A DNA stretch of 64,000 nucleotides from Yuukianura sp. NJ FZ-2021 (taxonomy: Eukaryota): assembly GCA_046563655.1 (NCBI GenBank), contig CM102284.1, forward strand, positions 7,750,001 to 7,814,000, given 5' to 3'. Positions 47,401-59,430 of this stretch are shown here, piece after piece (position 1 is the first letter of the stretch; every line of letters starts with the position of its first letter). Below the pieces are notes generated by a model that did no database searches, was not told the origin of the DNA, and worked only from the letters and a program-made list of their open reading frames with translations. The position numbers were made by a program, and so were the translations under genes.

Positions 47401-50400
47401 TCAGTTCTCAGAATGCTCAGAATGACTTTTTGGTGAGTTTTGTATGAAAAAATGAATTTTTTGACAAAAATTGAGCTTGGTTCATTTCAGATGGGCTTTC
47501 CGAGGCAACATATCGGAGTGCAATTTTCAGTTCTCAGAAAGCTCAGAATGACTTTTTGGGGAGTTTTGTATGAAAAACATGAATTTGTTGGCAAAAATTG
47601 AGCTTGGTTCATTTCAGATGGGCTTTCCGAGGCAACATATCGGAGTGCAATTTTCAGTTCTCAGAAAGCTCAGAATGACTTTTTGGGGAGTTTTGTATGA
47701 AAAAAATGAATTTTTTGACACAAATTGAGCTTGGTTTACTTCAGATGGGCTTTCCGTGGCAAAATATCGGAGTGCAATTTTCAGTTCTCAGAAAGCTCAG
47801 AATGAATTTTTGGGGAGTTTTGTATGAAAAAAATGAATTTTTTGACAAAAATTGAGCTTGGTTCACTTCAGATGGGCGTTCAGAGACAAAATATCGGAGT
47901 GCAATTTTCAGTTCTCAGAAAGCTCAGAATGACTTTTTAGGGAGTTTTGTATGAAAAAAATGAATTTTTTGACAAAAATTGAGCTTGGTTCACTTCAGAT
48001 GGGCTTTCCGAGACAAAATATCGGAGTGCAATTTTCAGTTCTCAGAAAGCTCAGAATGACTTTTAGGGGAGTTTTGTATGAAAAACATGAATTTTTTGAC
48101 ACAAATTGAGCTTGGTTTACTTCAGATGGGCTTTCCGTGGCAAAATATCGGAGTGCAATTTTCAGTTCTCAGAAAGCTCAGAATGAATTTTTGGGGAGTT
48201 TTGTATGAAAAAAATGAATTTTTTGACAAAAATTGAGCTTGGTTCACTTCAGATGGGCGTTCAGAGACAAAATATCGGAGTGCAATTTTCAGTTCTCAGA
48301 AACCTCAGAATGACTTTTTAGGGAGTTTTGTATGAAAAAAAATGAATTTTTTGACAAAAATTGAGCTTGGTTCACTTCAGATGGGCGTTCAGAGACAAAA
48401 TATCGGAGTGCAATTTTCAGTTCTCAGAAAGCTCAGAATGACTTTTTGGGAGTTTTGTATGAAAAACATGAATTTTTTGACACAAATTGAGCTTGGTTTA
48501 CTTCAGATGGGCTTTCCGTGGCAAAATATCGGAGTGCAATTTTCAGTACTCAGAAAGCTCAGAATGAATTTTTGGGGAGTTTTGTATGAAAAAAATGAAT
48601 TTTTTGACAAAAATTGAGCTTGGTTCACTTCAGATGGGCGTTCAGAGACAAAATATCGGAGTGCAATTTTCAGTTCTCAGAAAGCTCAGAATGACTTTTA
48701 GGGGAGTTTTTAATGAAAAAAATGAATTTTTTGACAAAAATTGAGCTTGGTTCACTTCAGATGGGCTTTCCGAGGCAACATATCGGAGTGCAATTTTCAG
48801 TTCTCAGAAAGCTCAGAATGACTTTTTGGGGAGTTTTGTATGAAAAACATGAATTTGTTGGCAAAAATTGAGCTTGGTTCACTTCAGATGGGCGTTCAGA
48901 GACAAAATATCGGAGTGCAATTTTCAGTTCTCAGAAAGCTCAGAATGACTTTTTAGGGAGTTTTGTATGAAAAAAAATGAATTTTTTGACAAAAATTGAG
49001 CTTGGTTCACTTCAGATGTGCTTCCCGAGGCAACATATCGGAGTGCAATTTTCAGTTCTCAGAAAGCTCAGAATGACTTTTTGGGGAGTTTTGTATGAAA
49101 AACATGAATTTGTTGGCAAAAATTGAGCTTGGTTCATTTCAGATGGGCTTTCCGAGGCAACATATCGGAGTGCAATTTTCAGTTCTCAGAAAGCTCAGAA
49201 TGACTTTTTGGGGAGTTTTGTATGAAAAAAATGAATTTTTTGACAAAAATTGAGCTTGGTTCATTTCACATGGGCTTTCCGAGGCAACATATCGGAGTGC
49301 AATTTTCAGTTCTCAGAAAGCTCAGAATGACTTTTTGGGGAGTTTTGTATGAAAAAAATGAATTTTTTGACAAAAATTGAGCTTGGTTCACTTCAGATGG
49401 GCTTCCCGAGGCAAAATATCGGAGTGCAATTTTCAGTTCTCAGAAAGCTCAGAATGACTTTTTGGGGAGTTTTGTATGAAAAAATGAATTTTTTGACAAA
49501 AATTGAGCTTAGTTCATTTCAGATGGGCTTTCCGAGGCAACATATCGGAGTGCAATTTTCAGTTCTCAGAAAGCTCAGAATGACTTTTTGGGGAGTTTTG
49601 TATGAAAAAATGAATTTTTTGACAAAAATTGAGCTTGGTTCATTTCAGATGGGCTTTCCGAGGCAACATATCGGAGTGCAATTTTCAGTTCTCAGAAAGC
49701 TCAGAATGACTTTTTGGGGAGTTTTGTATGAAAAACATGAATTTGTTGGCAAAAATTGAGCTTGGTTCATTTCAGATGGGCTTTCCGAGGCAACATATCG
49801 GAGTGCAATTTTCAGTTCTCAGAAAGCTCAGAATGACTTTTTGGGAGTTTTCTATGAAAAACATGAATTTTTTGACACAAATTGAGCTTGGTTTACTTCA
49901 GATGGGCTTTCCGTGGCAAAATATCGGAGGGCACTTTTCAGTTCTCAGAAAGCTCAGAATGAATTTTTGGGGAGTTTTGTATGAAAAAATGAATTTTTTG
50001 ACAAAAATTGAGCTTGGTTCACTTCAGATGGGCGTTCAGAGACAAAATATCGGTGTGCAATTTTCAGTTCTCAGAAAGCTCAGAATGTCTTTTTAGGGAG
50101 TTTCGAATGAAAAAAATTAATTTTTTGACAAAAATTGAGCTTGGTTTACTTCAGATGGGCTTTCCGTGGCAAAATATGGGAGTGCAATTTTCAGTACTCA
50201 GAAAGCTCAGAATGAATTTTTGGGGAGTTTTGTATGAAAAAAATGAATTTTTTGACAAAAATTGAGCTTGGTTCACTTCAGATGGGCGTTCAGAGACAAA
50301 ATATCGGAGTGCAATTTTCAGTTCTCAGAAAGCTCAGAATGACTTTTTGGGGAGTTTTGTATGAAAAACATGAATTTTTTGACACAAATTGAGCTTGGTT

Positions 50401-53400
50401 AAATTCAGATGGGCTTTCCGTGGCAAAATATCGGAGTGCAATTTTCAGTTCTCAGAAAGCTCAGAATGAATTTTTGGGGAGTTTTGTATGAAAAAAATGA
50501 ATTTTTTGACAAAAATTGAGCTTGGTTCACTTCAGATGGGCGTTCAGAGACAAAATATCGGAGTGCAATTTTCAGTTCTCAGAAAGCTCAGAATGACTTT
50601 TTAGGGAGTTTTGTATGAAAAAAAATGAATTTTTTGACAAAAATTGAGCTTGGTTCACTTCAGATGGGCGTTCAGAGACAAAATATCGGAGTGCAATTTT
50701 CAGTTCTCAGAAAGCTCAGAATGACTTTTTAGGGAGTTTTGTATGAAAAAAAATGAATTTGTTGGCAAAAATTGAGCTTGGTTCATTTCAGATGGGCTTT
50801 CCGAGGCAACATATCGGAGTGCAATTTTCAGTTCTCAGAAAGCTCAGAATGACTTTTTGGGGAGTTTTGTATGAAAAAAATGAATTTTTTGACAAAAATT
50901 GAGCTTGGTTCATTTCAGATGGGCTTTCCGAGGCAACATATCGGAGTGCAATTTTCAGTTCTCAGAAAGCTCAGAATGACTTTTTGGGGAGTTTTGTATG
51001 AAAAAAAATGAATTTTTTGACAAAAATTGAGCTTGGTTCATTTCAGATGGGCTTTCCGAGGCAACATATCGGAGTGCAATTTTCAGTTCTCAGAAAGCTC
51101 AGAATGACTTTTTGGGGAGTTTTGAATGAAAAAAATGAATTTTTTGACAAAAATTGAGCTTGGTTCACTTCAGATGGGCTTTCCGAGGCGAAATATCGGA
51201 GTGCAATTTTCAGTTCTCAGAAAGCTCAGAATGACTTTTTGGGGAGTTTTGTATGAAAAACATGAATTTGTTGGCAAAAATTGAGCTTGGTTCACTTCAG
51301 ATGGGCGTTCAGAGACAAAATATCGGTGTGCAATTTTCAGTTCTCAGAAAGCTCAGAATGACTTTTTAGGGAGTTTTGTATGAAAAAAATGAATTTTTTG
51401 ACAAAAATTGAGCTTGGTTTACTTCAGATGGGCTTTCCGTGGCAAAATATCGGAGTGCAATTTTCAGTACTCAGAAAGCTCAGAATGAATTTTTGGGGAG
51501 TTTTGTATGAAAAAAATGAATTTTTTGACAAAAATTGAGCTTGGTTCATTTCAGATGGGCGTTCAGAGACAAAATATCGGAGTGCAATTTTCAGTTCTCA
51601 GAAAGCTCAGAATGACTTTTTGGGAGTTTTGTATGAAAAACATGAATTTTTTGACACAAATTGAGCTTGGTTTACTTCAGATGGGCTTTCCGTGGCAAAA
51701 TATCGGAGTGCAATTTTCAGTTCTCAGATAGCTCAGAATGAATTTTTGGGGAGTTTTGTATGAAAAAAATGAATTTTTTGACAAAAATTGAGCTTGGTTC
51801 ACTTCAGATGGGCGTTCAGAGACAAAATATCGGAGTGCAATTTTCAGTTCTCAGAAAGCTCAGAATGACTTTTTAGGGAGTTTTGTATGAAAAAAAATGA
51901 ATTTTTTGACAAAAATTGAGCTTGGTTCACTTCAGATGGGCGTTCAGAGACAAAATATCGGAGTGCAATTTTCAGTTCTCAGAAAGCTCAGAATGACTTT
52001 TTGGGGAGTTTTGTATGAAAAACATGAATTTGTTGGCAAAAATTGAGCTTGGTTCATTTCAGATGGGCTTTCCGAGGCAACATATCGGAGTGCAATTTTC
52101 AGTTCTCAGAAAGCTCAGAATGACTTTTTGGGGAGTTTTGTATGAAAAAAAATGAATTTTTTGACAAAAATTGAGCTTGGTTCATTTCAGATGGGCTTTC
52201 CGAGGCAACATATCGGAGTGCAATTTTCAGTTCTCAGAAAGCTCAGAATGACTTTTTGGGGAGTTTTGTATGAAAAAAATGAATTTTTTGACAAAAATTG
52301 AGCTTAGTTCATTTCAGATGGGCTTTCCGAGGCAACATATCGGAGTGCAATTTTCAGTTCTCAGAAAGCTCAGAATGACTTTTTGGGGAGTTTTGTATGA
52401 AAAAAATGAATTTTTTGACAAAAATTGAGCTTGGTTCATTTCAGATGGGCTTTCCGAGGCAACATATCGGAGTGCAATTTTCAGTTCTCAGAAAGCTCAG
52501 AATGACTTTTTAGGGAGTTTTGTATGAAAAATGAATTTTTTGACAAAAATTGAGCTTGGTTCACTTCAGATGGGCTTCCCGAGGCAACATATCGGAGTGC
52601 AATTTTCAGTTCTCAGAAAGCTCAGAATGACTTTTTGGGGAGTTTTGTATGAAAAACATGAATTTGTTGGCAAAAATTGAGCTTGGTTCACTTCAGATGG
52701 GCGTTCAGAGAAAAAATATCGGAGTGCAATTTTCAGTTCTCAGAAAGCTCAGAATGACTTTTTAGGGAGTTTTGTATGAAAAAAAATGAATTTTTTGACA
52801 AAAATTGAGCTTGGTTCACTTCAGATGGGCTTCCCGAGGCAACATATCGGAGTGCAATTTTCAGTTCTCAGAAAGCTCAGAATGACTTTTTGGGGAGTTT
52901 TATATGAAAAACATGAATTTGTTGGCAAAAATTGAGATTGGTTCATTTCAGATGGGCTTTCCGAGGCAACATATCGGAGTGCAATTTTCAGTTCTCAGAA
53001 AGCTCAGAATGACTTTTTGAGGAGTTTTGTATGAAAAAAAAATGAATTTTTTGACACAAATTGAGCTTGGTTCACTTCAGATGGGCGTTCAGAGACAAAA
53101 TATCGGAGTGCAATTTTCAGTTCTCAGAAAGCTCAGAATGACTTTTTAGGGAGTTTTGTATGAAAAAAAATGAATTTTTTGACAAAAATTGAGCTTGGTT
53201 CATTTCAGATGGGCTTTCCGAGGCAACATATCGGAGTGCAATTTTCAGTTCTCAGAAAGCTCAGAATGACTTTTTGGGGAGTTTTGTATGAAAAACATGA
53301 ATTTGTTGGCAAAAATTGAGCTTGGTTCATTTCAGATGGGCTTTCCGAGGCAAAATATCGGAGTGCAATGTTCAGTTCTCAGAAAGCTCAGAATGACTTT

Positions 53401-55578
53401 TTGGGGAGTCTTGAATGAAAAAAATTAATTATTTGACAAAAATTGAGCTTGGTTTACTTCAGATGGGCTTTCCGAGTCAAAATATCGGAGTGCAATTTTC
53501 AGTTCTCAGAAAGCTCAGAATGACTTTTTGGGGAGTTTTGAATGAAAACAAAAATGAATTTTTTGACAAAAGTTGAGATTGGTTCACTTCAGATGGGCGT
53601 TCAGAGACAAAATATCGGAGTGCAATTTTCAGTTCTCAGAAAGCTCAGAATGACTTTTTAGGGAGTTTTGTATGAAAAAAATGAATTTTTTGACAAAAAT
53701 TGAGCTTGGTTCACTTCAGATGGGCTTTCCGAGGCAACATATCGGAGTGCAATTTTCAGTTCTCAGAAAGCTCAGAATGACTTTTTGGGGAGTTTTGTAT
53801 GAAAAACATGAATTTGTTGGCAAAAATTGAGCTTGGTTCACTTCAGATGGGCGTTCAGAGACAAAATATCGGAGTGCAATTTTCAGTTCTCAGAAAGCTC
53901 AGAATGACTTTTTAGGGAGTTTTGTATGAAAAAAATGAATTTTTTGACAAAAATTGAGCTTGGTTCACTTCAGATGTGCTTCCCGAGGCAACATATCGGA
54001 GTGCAATTTTCAGTTCTCAGAAAGCTCAGAATGACTTTTTGGGGAGTTTTGTATGAAAAACATGAATTTGTTGGCAAAAATTGAGCTTGGTTCATTTCAG
54101 ATGGGCTTTCCGAGGCAACATATCGGAGTGCAATTTTCAGTTCTCAGAAAGCTCAGAATGACTTTTTGGGGAGTTTTGTATGAAAAAAAAATGAATTTTT
54201 TGACAAAAATTGAGCTTGGTTCATTTCAGATGGGCTTTCCGAGGCAACATATCGGAGTGCAATTTTCAGTTCTCAGAAAGCTCAGAATGACTTTTTGGGG
54301 AGTTTTGTATGAAAAAAATGAATTTTTTGACAAAAATTGAGCTTGGTTCACTTCAGATGGGCTTCCCGAGGCAAAATATCGGAGTGCAATTTTCAGTTCT
54401 CAGAAAGCTCAGAATGACTTTTTGGGGAGTTTTGTATGAAAAAATGAATTTTTTGACAAAAATTGAGCTTAGTTCATTTCAGATGGGCTTTCCGAGGCAA
54501 CATATCGGAGTGCAATTTTCAGTTCTCAGAAAGCTCAGAATGACTTTTTGGGGAGTTTTGTATGAAAAAAATGAATTTTTTGACAAAAATTGAGCTTGGT
54601 TCATTTCAGATGGGCTTTCCGAGGCAACATATCGGAGTGCAATTTTCAGTTCTCAGAAAGCTCAGAATGACTTTTTGGGGAGTTTTGTATGAAAAACATG
54701 AATTTGTTGGCAAAAATTGAGCTTGGTTCATTTCAGATGGGCTTTCCGAGGCAACATATCGGAGTGCAATTTTCAGTTCTCAGAAAGCTCAGAATGACTT
54801 TTTGGGAGTTTTCTATGAAAAACATGAATTTTTTGACACAAATTGAGCTTGGTTTACTTCAGATGGGCTTTCCGTGGCAAAATATCGGAGTGCAATTTTC
54901 AGTTCTCAGAAAGCTCAGAATGAATTTTTGGGGAGTTTTGTATGAAAAAAATGAATTTTTTGACAAAAATTGAGCTTGGTTCACTTCAGATGGGCGTTCA
55001 GAGACAAAATATCGGTGTGCAATTTTCAGTTCTCAGAAAGCTCAGAATGACTTTTTAGGGAGTTTTGTATGAAAAAAAATGAATTTTTTGACAAAAATTG
55101 AGCTTGGTTTACTTCAGATGGGCTTTCCGTGGCAAAATATCGGAGTGCAATTTTCAGTTCTCAGAAAGCTCGGAATGACTTTTTGAGGAGTTTTGAATGA
55201 AAACAAAAATGAATTTTTTGACAAAAGTTGAGATTGGTTCACTTCAGATTGGCTTTCAGAGACAAAATATCGGAGTGCAATTTTCAGTTCTCAGAAAGCT
55301 CAGAATGACTTTTTAGGGAGTTTTGTATGAAAAAATGAATTTTTTGACAAAAATTGAGCTTGGTTCACTTCAGATGGGCGTTCAGAGACAAAATATCGGA
55401 GTGCAATTTTCAGTTCTCAGAAAGCTCAGAATGACTTTTTAGGGAGTTTTGTATGAAAAAAAATGAATTTGTTGGCAAAAATTGAGCTTGGTTCATTTCA
55501 GATGGGCTTTCCGAGGCAACATATCGGAGTGCAATTTTCAGTTCTCAGAAAGCTCAGAATGACTTTTTGGGGAGTTTT
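17429..55578 (+). repeat. ~127-bp satellite array (segment 2, ~300 monomers) with higher-order repeats
   Basis: Continuous monomers. Diagnostic variant blocks recur at 1400 bp (27203/28603), ~2921 bp (35844/38765, 36224/39145, 37239/40160) and 1270 bp (39652/40922, 40160/41430). Confidence 0.98.
44399..44862 (-). repeat. Inverted satellite block 1 (464 bp)
   Basis: Monomers in reverse orientation. Junctions are TTCATTTC|TCCTCAAAACTCCCC and GAAAGCCCATCT|CAGAAAGC. Confidence 0.95.
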
Positions 55579-55610
55579 TTTTTTTTTTTTTTTTTTTTAT
55601 TTGTAAATTA

Positions 55611-55641
55611 CTCTCCCTGCGGGCCCGAAGCCCATGGAGAG
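55611..55641 (-). promoter_or_regulatory. 3'-terminal stem-loop of the non-LTR element
   Basis: Minus strand CTCTCC-ATGGGC-TTCGG-GCCCGCAG-GGAGAG, ~12 nt before the poly(A). This resembles the RT-recognition hairpins of stringent LINEs. Confidence 0.65.
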
Positions 55642-56037
55642 GGAGTTCGAGTGGAGTTTGTGTACATTAGATTACTAATTTAAATGAAATGGAATTTTAG
55701 TATAAATTTGAAATGAGCGTTGGTTCCGATGTTTTGCAACTGTCTTCATGGTATTACTGGTTGCGATGAGTGTCGAATGCAATGTGCATTGTTTGCAGTT
55801 TCATTGGTGTTGGAGGTGCTTTGTAGGTCATAGAGCATTGCTGGATGGGCTGGATTCGGCTTTGAAAGATTTGGAGATTGTTTAAAGATGCTGATTCTGA
55901 GTTTATGGATGTATTTTGGATTCGGATGTGTCAGCAGTTCCGAGGGATGAGTCTCCTTCGAAATTTGGGTTGCGAGTACGTTTGCAAGTTGTTGGAACGA
56001 TGATGAATTTGTTGAATGATGATTTGTTTTTGAGAGG

Positions 56038-56796
56038 TTATTGACGTATCGGTTGAATGTCACCGTTGGGGTCAAGTTTGTAGCGCGAGGATCGGCCGTT
56101 GCTTGTGGTCGTCAAGGTTCCGTTCCGGACGGTGAATCTTAGTCCTGGGGTCAGCTTGGCCAAGTCGATGGCTGTGTTTCGCAGCTTCGTTTCTACGGTC
56201 CTTTCGTGTGCCGTTTTTTCGGAGCGAATTTGTATGGTTTTGAAATCCGGGTCGGGGCTCAGCGTCTTCAGTTTTCTGAAAATTTCAAACTTGTCTTTTC
56301 GCCTGATGAGCTTCACTTGAACTGGTCGAGGTCTTTGGATTCCTTGCTTGAATCTTCCCAATCTTCGGGTGTGGCTGTAGTCTGTGCCGGTCAAATCGAA
56401 TTTGGAAAGGAGAGTGTCAATTTTACCTTCTAGATCTGCTGTGGTTTCCGTGTCAGCGTCTGGAATGCCGTATACAATGATGTTCGATTCAATTGACTCC
56501 CTCTTAAGTTTTTCGAGTTCATTTTCCAGAACATCCACTCTGTTGACAACACTGACCAACGCAGAGAAATCGGTGTCATTGATCTTTGTAATCGCAGATT
56601 CAAAGTCAATAAGCTTCGAAAGTAGGTAGTTGATTTTGTCTTCTAAGTTTCCGCGTGATGCTTCTTCCCTAATCCTTTTGTCTTCTTTTCCTTGGTCGTT
56701 TGGTTTCAAAGGTGAAGACGCTATGCGTTTTGCAGCAGCAGTACCAAAGAGACTTTTTGGCTCATTAGGTGGTGGGGAGCGATTTACTCGGAACAT
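56038..56796 (-). CDS. LINE ORF1p-like protein (coiled coil + RRM/Transposase_22-like), 252 aa
   Basis: Heptad region VDVLENELEKLKRES followed by SNIIVYGIPD, RRLGR and RPRPVQVKL, motifs typical of L1/CR1/L2-group ORF1. Confidence 0.85.
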   Translation of the reverse strand: MFRVNRSPPPNEPKSLFGTAAAKRIASSPLKPNDQGKEDKRIREEASRGNLEDKINYLLSKLIDFESAITKINDTDFSALVSVVNRVDVLENELEKLKRESIESNIIVYGIPDADTETTADLEGKIDTLLSKFDLTGTDYSHTRRLGRFKQGIQRPRPVQVKLIRRKDKFEIFRKLKTLSPDPDFKTIQIRSEKTAHERTVETKLRNTAIDLAKLTPGLRFTVRNGTLTTTSNGRSSRYKLDPNGDIQPIRQ

Positions 56797-58966
56797 GTTT
56801 TCTATTGTTCTTTAATTAAGAGCAAAAGAGTGTACGTCTAATCTGGAGTGTGTCTAAACTCGAACTCCACTTTTTGGGGAGTTTTGTATGAAAAAAAATG
56901 AATTTTTTGACAAAAATTGAGCTTGGTTCATTTCAGATGGGCTTTCCGAGGCAACATATCGGAGTGCAATTTTCAGTTCTCAGAAAGCTCAGAATGACTT
57001 TTTGGGGAGTTTTGTATGAAAAAAATGAATTTTTTGACAAAAATTGAGCTTGGTTCATTTCAGATGGGCTTTCCGAGGCAACATATCGGAGTGCAATTTT
57101 CAGTTCTCAGAAAGCTCAGAATGACTTTTTGGGGAGTTTTGTATGAAAAAAATGAATTTTTTGACAAAAATTGAGCTTGGTTCACTTCAGATGGGCTTCC
57201 CGAGGCGAAATATCGGAGTGCAATTTTCAGTTCTCAGAAAGCTCAGAATGACTTTTTGGGGAGTTTTGTATGAAAAACATGAATTTGTTGGCAAAAATTG
57301 AGCTTGGTTCACTTCAGATGGGCGTTCAGAGACAAAATATCGGAGTGCAATTTTCAGTTCTCAGAAAGCTCAGAATGACTTTTTAGGGAGTTTTGTATGA
57401 AAAAAAATGAATTTTTTGACAAAAATTGAGCTTGGTTCACTTCAGATGGGCTTCCCGAGGCAACATATCGGAGTGCAATTTTCAGTTCTCAGAAAGCTCA
57501 GAATGACTTTTTGGGGAGTTTTGTATGAAAAACATGAATTTGTTGGCAAAAATTGAGCTTGGTTCACTTCAGATGGGCGTTCAGAGACAAAATATCGGAG
57601 TGCAATTTTCAGTTCTCAGAAAGCTCAGAATGACTTTTTAGGGAGTTTTGTATGAAAAAAAATGAATTTTTTGACAAAAATTGAGCTTGGTTCACTTCAG
57701 ATGGGCTTCCCGAGGCAACATATCGGAGTGCAATTTTCAGTTCTCAGAAAGCTCAGAATGACTTTTTGGGGAGTTTTGTATGAAAAACATGAATTTGTTG
57801 GCAAAAATTGAGCTTGGTTCATTTCAGATGGGCTTTCCGAGGCAACATATCGGAGTGCAATTTTCAGTTCTCAGAAAGCTCAGAATGACTTTTTGGGGAG
57901 TTTTGTATGAAAAAAATGAATTTTTTGACAAAAATTGAGCTTGGTTCATTTCAGATGGGCTTTCCGAGGCAACATATCGGAGTGCAATTTTCAGTTCTCA
58001 GAAAGCTCAGAATGACTTTTTGGGGAGTTTTGTATGAAAAACATGAATTTGTTGGCAAAAATTGAGCTTGGTTCATTTCAGATGGGCTTTCCGAGGCAAC
58101 ATATCGGAGTGCAATTTTCAGTTCTCAGAAAGCTCAGAATGACTTTTTGGGAGTTTTGTATGAAAAACATGAATTTTTTGACACAAATTGAGCTTGGTTT
58201 ACTTCAGATGGGCTTTCCGTGGCAAAATATCGGAGTGCAATTTTCAGTTCTCAGAAAGCTCAGAATGAATTTTTGGGGAGTTTTGTATGAAAAAAATGAA
58301 TTTTTTGACAAAAATTGAGCTTGGTTCACTTCAGATGGGCGTTCAGAGACAAAATATCGGAGTGCAATTTTCAGTTCTCAGAAAGCTCAGAATGACTTTT
58401 TGGGGAGTTTTGTATGAAAACATGAATTTGTTGGCAAAAATTGAGCTTGGTTCATTTCAGATGGGCTTTCCGAGGCAACATATCGGAGTGCAATTTTCAG
58501 TTCTCAGAAAGCTCAGAATGACTTTTTGGGAGTTTTGTATGAAAAACATGAATTTTTTGACACAAATTGAGCTTGGTTTACTTCAGATGGGCTTTCCGAG
58601 GCAAAATATCGGAGTGCAATTTTCAGTTCTCAGATAGCTCAGAATGACTTTTTGGGGAGTTTTGAATGAAAAAAATGAATTTTTTGACAAAATTGAGCTT
58701 GGTTCACTTCAGATGGGCTTTCAGAAGCAAAATATCGGAGTGCAATTTTCAGTTCTCAGAAAGCTCAGAATGACTTTTTGGGGAGTTTTCAATGAAAAAA
58801 AAATGAATTTTTTGACAAAAATTGAGCTTGGTTCACTTCAGATGGGCTTTCCGAGGCAAAATATCGGAGTGCAATTTTCAGTTCTCAGAAAGCTCAGAAT
58901 GACTTTTTGGGGAGTTTTGAATGAAAAAAATGAATTTGTTGGCAAAAATTGAGCTTGGTTCATTTC

Positions 58967-59430
58967 TCCTCAAAACTCCCCAAAAAGTCATTCTGAGCTT
59001 TCTGAGAACTGAAAATTGCACTCCGATATTTTGCCTCGGAAAGCCCATCTGAAGTGAACCAAGCTCAATTTTTGTCAAAAAATTCATTTTTTTCATTGAA
59101 AACTCCCCAAAAAGTCATTCTGAGCTTTCTGAGAACTGAAAATTGCACTCCGATATTTTGCTTCTGAAAGCCCATCTGAAGTGAACCAAGCTCAATTTTG
59201 TCAAAAAATTCATTTTTTTCATTCAAAACTCCCCAAAAAGTCATTCTGAGCTTTCTGAGAACTGAAAATTGCACTCCGATATTTTGCCTCGGAAAGCCCA
59301 TCTGAAGTAAACCAAGCTCAATTTTTGTCAAAAAATTCATGTTTTTCATACAAAACTCCCCAAAAAGTCATTCTGAGCTTTCTGAGAACTGAAAATTGCA
59401 CTCCGATATGTTGCCTCGGAAAGCCCATCT
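58967..59430 (-). repeat. Inverted satellite block 2 (464 bp)
   Basis: Same two junction sequences as block 1. Confidence 0.95.

Larger units (their letters stand above)
55579..56868 (-). mobile_element. Non-LTR retroelement encoding ORF1 only (non-autonomous, HAL1-like architecture)
   Basis: Poly(A) tail (T run 55575-55598) fused to AATAAA. 17-bp TSD ACTTTTTGGGGAGTTTT (55562-55578, 56869-56885). 72-bp 5' UTR, intact ORF1 and a 3' stem-loop, with no endonuclease or RT motifs seen. Confidence 0.88.

Noticed and set aside
55746-56075. 109-aa ORF as LINE ORF2 remnant
   Set aside because: Low-complexity N/S/T/H-rich translation with no endonuclease or RT motif. Treated as 3' UTR.
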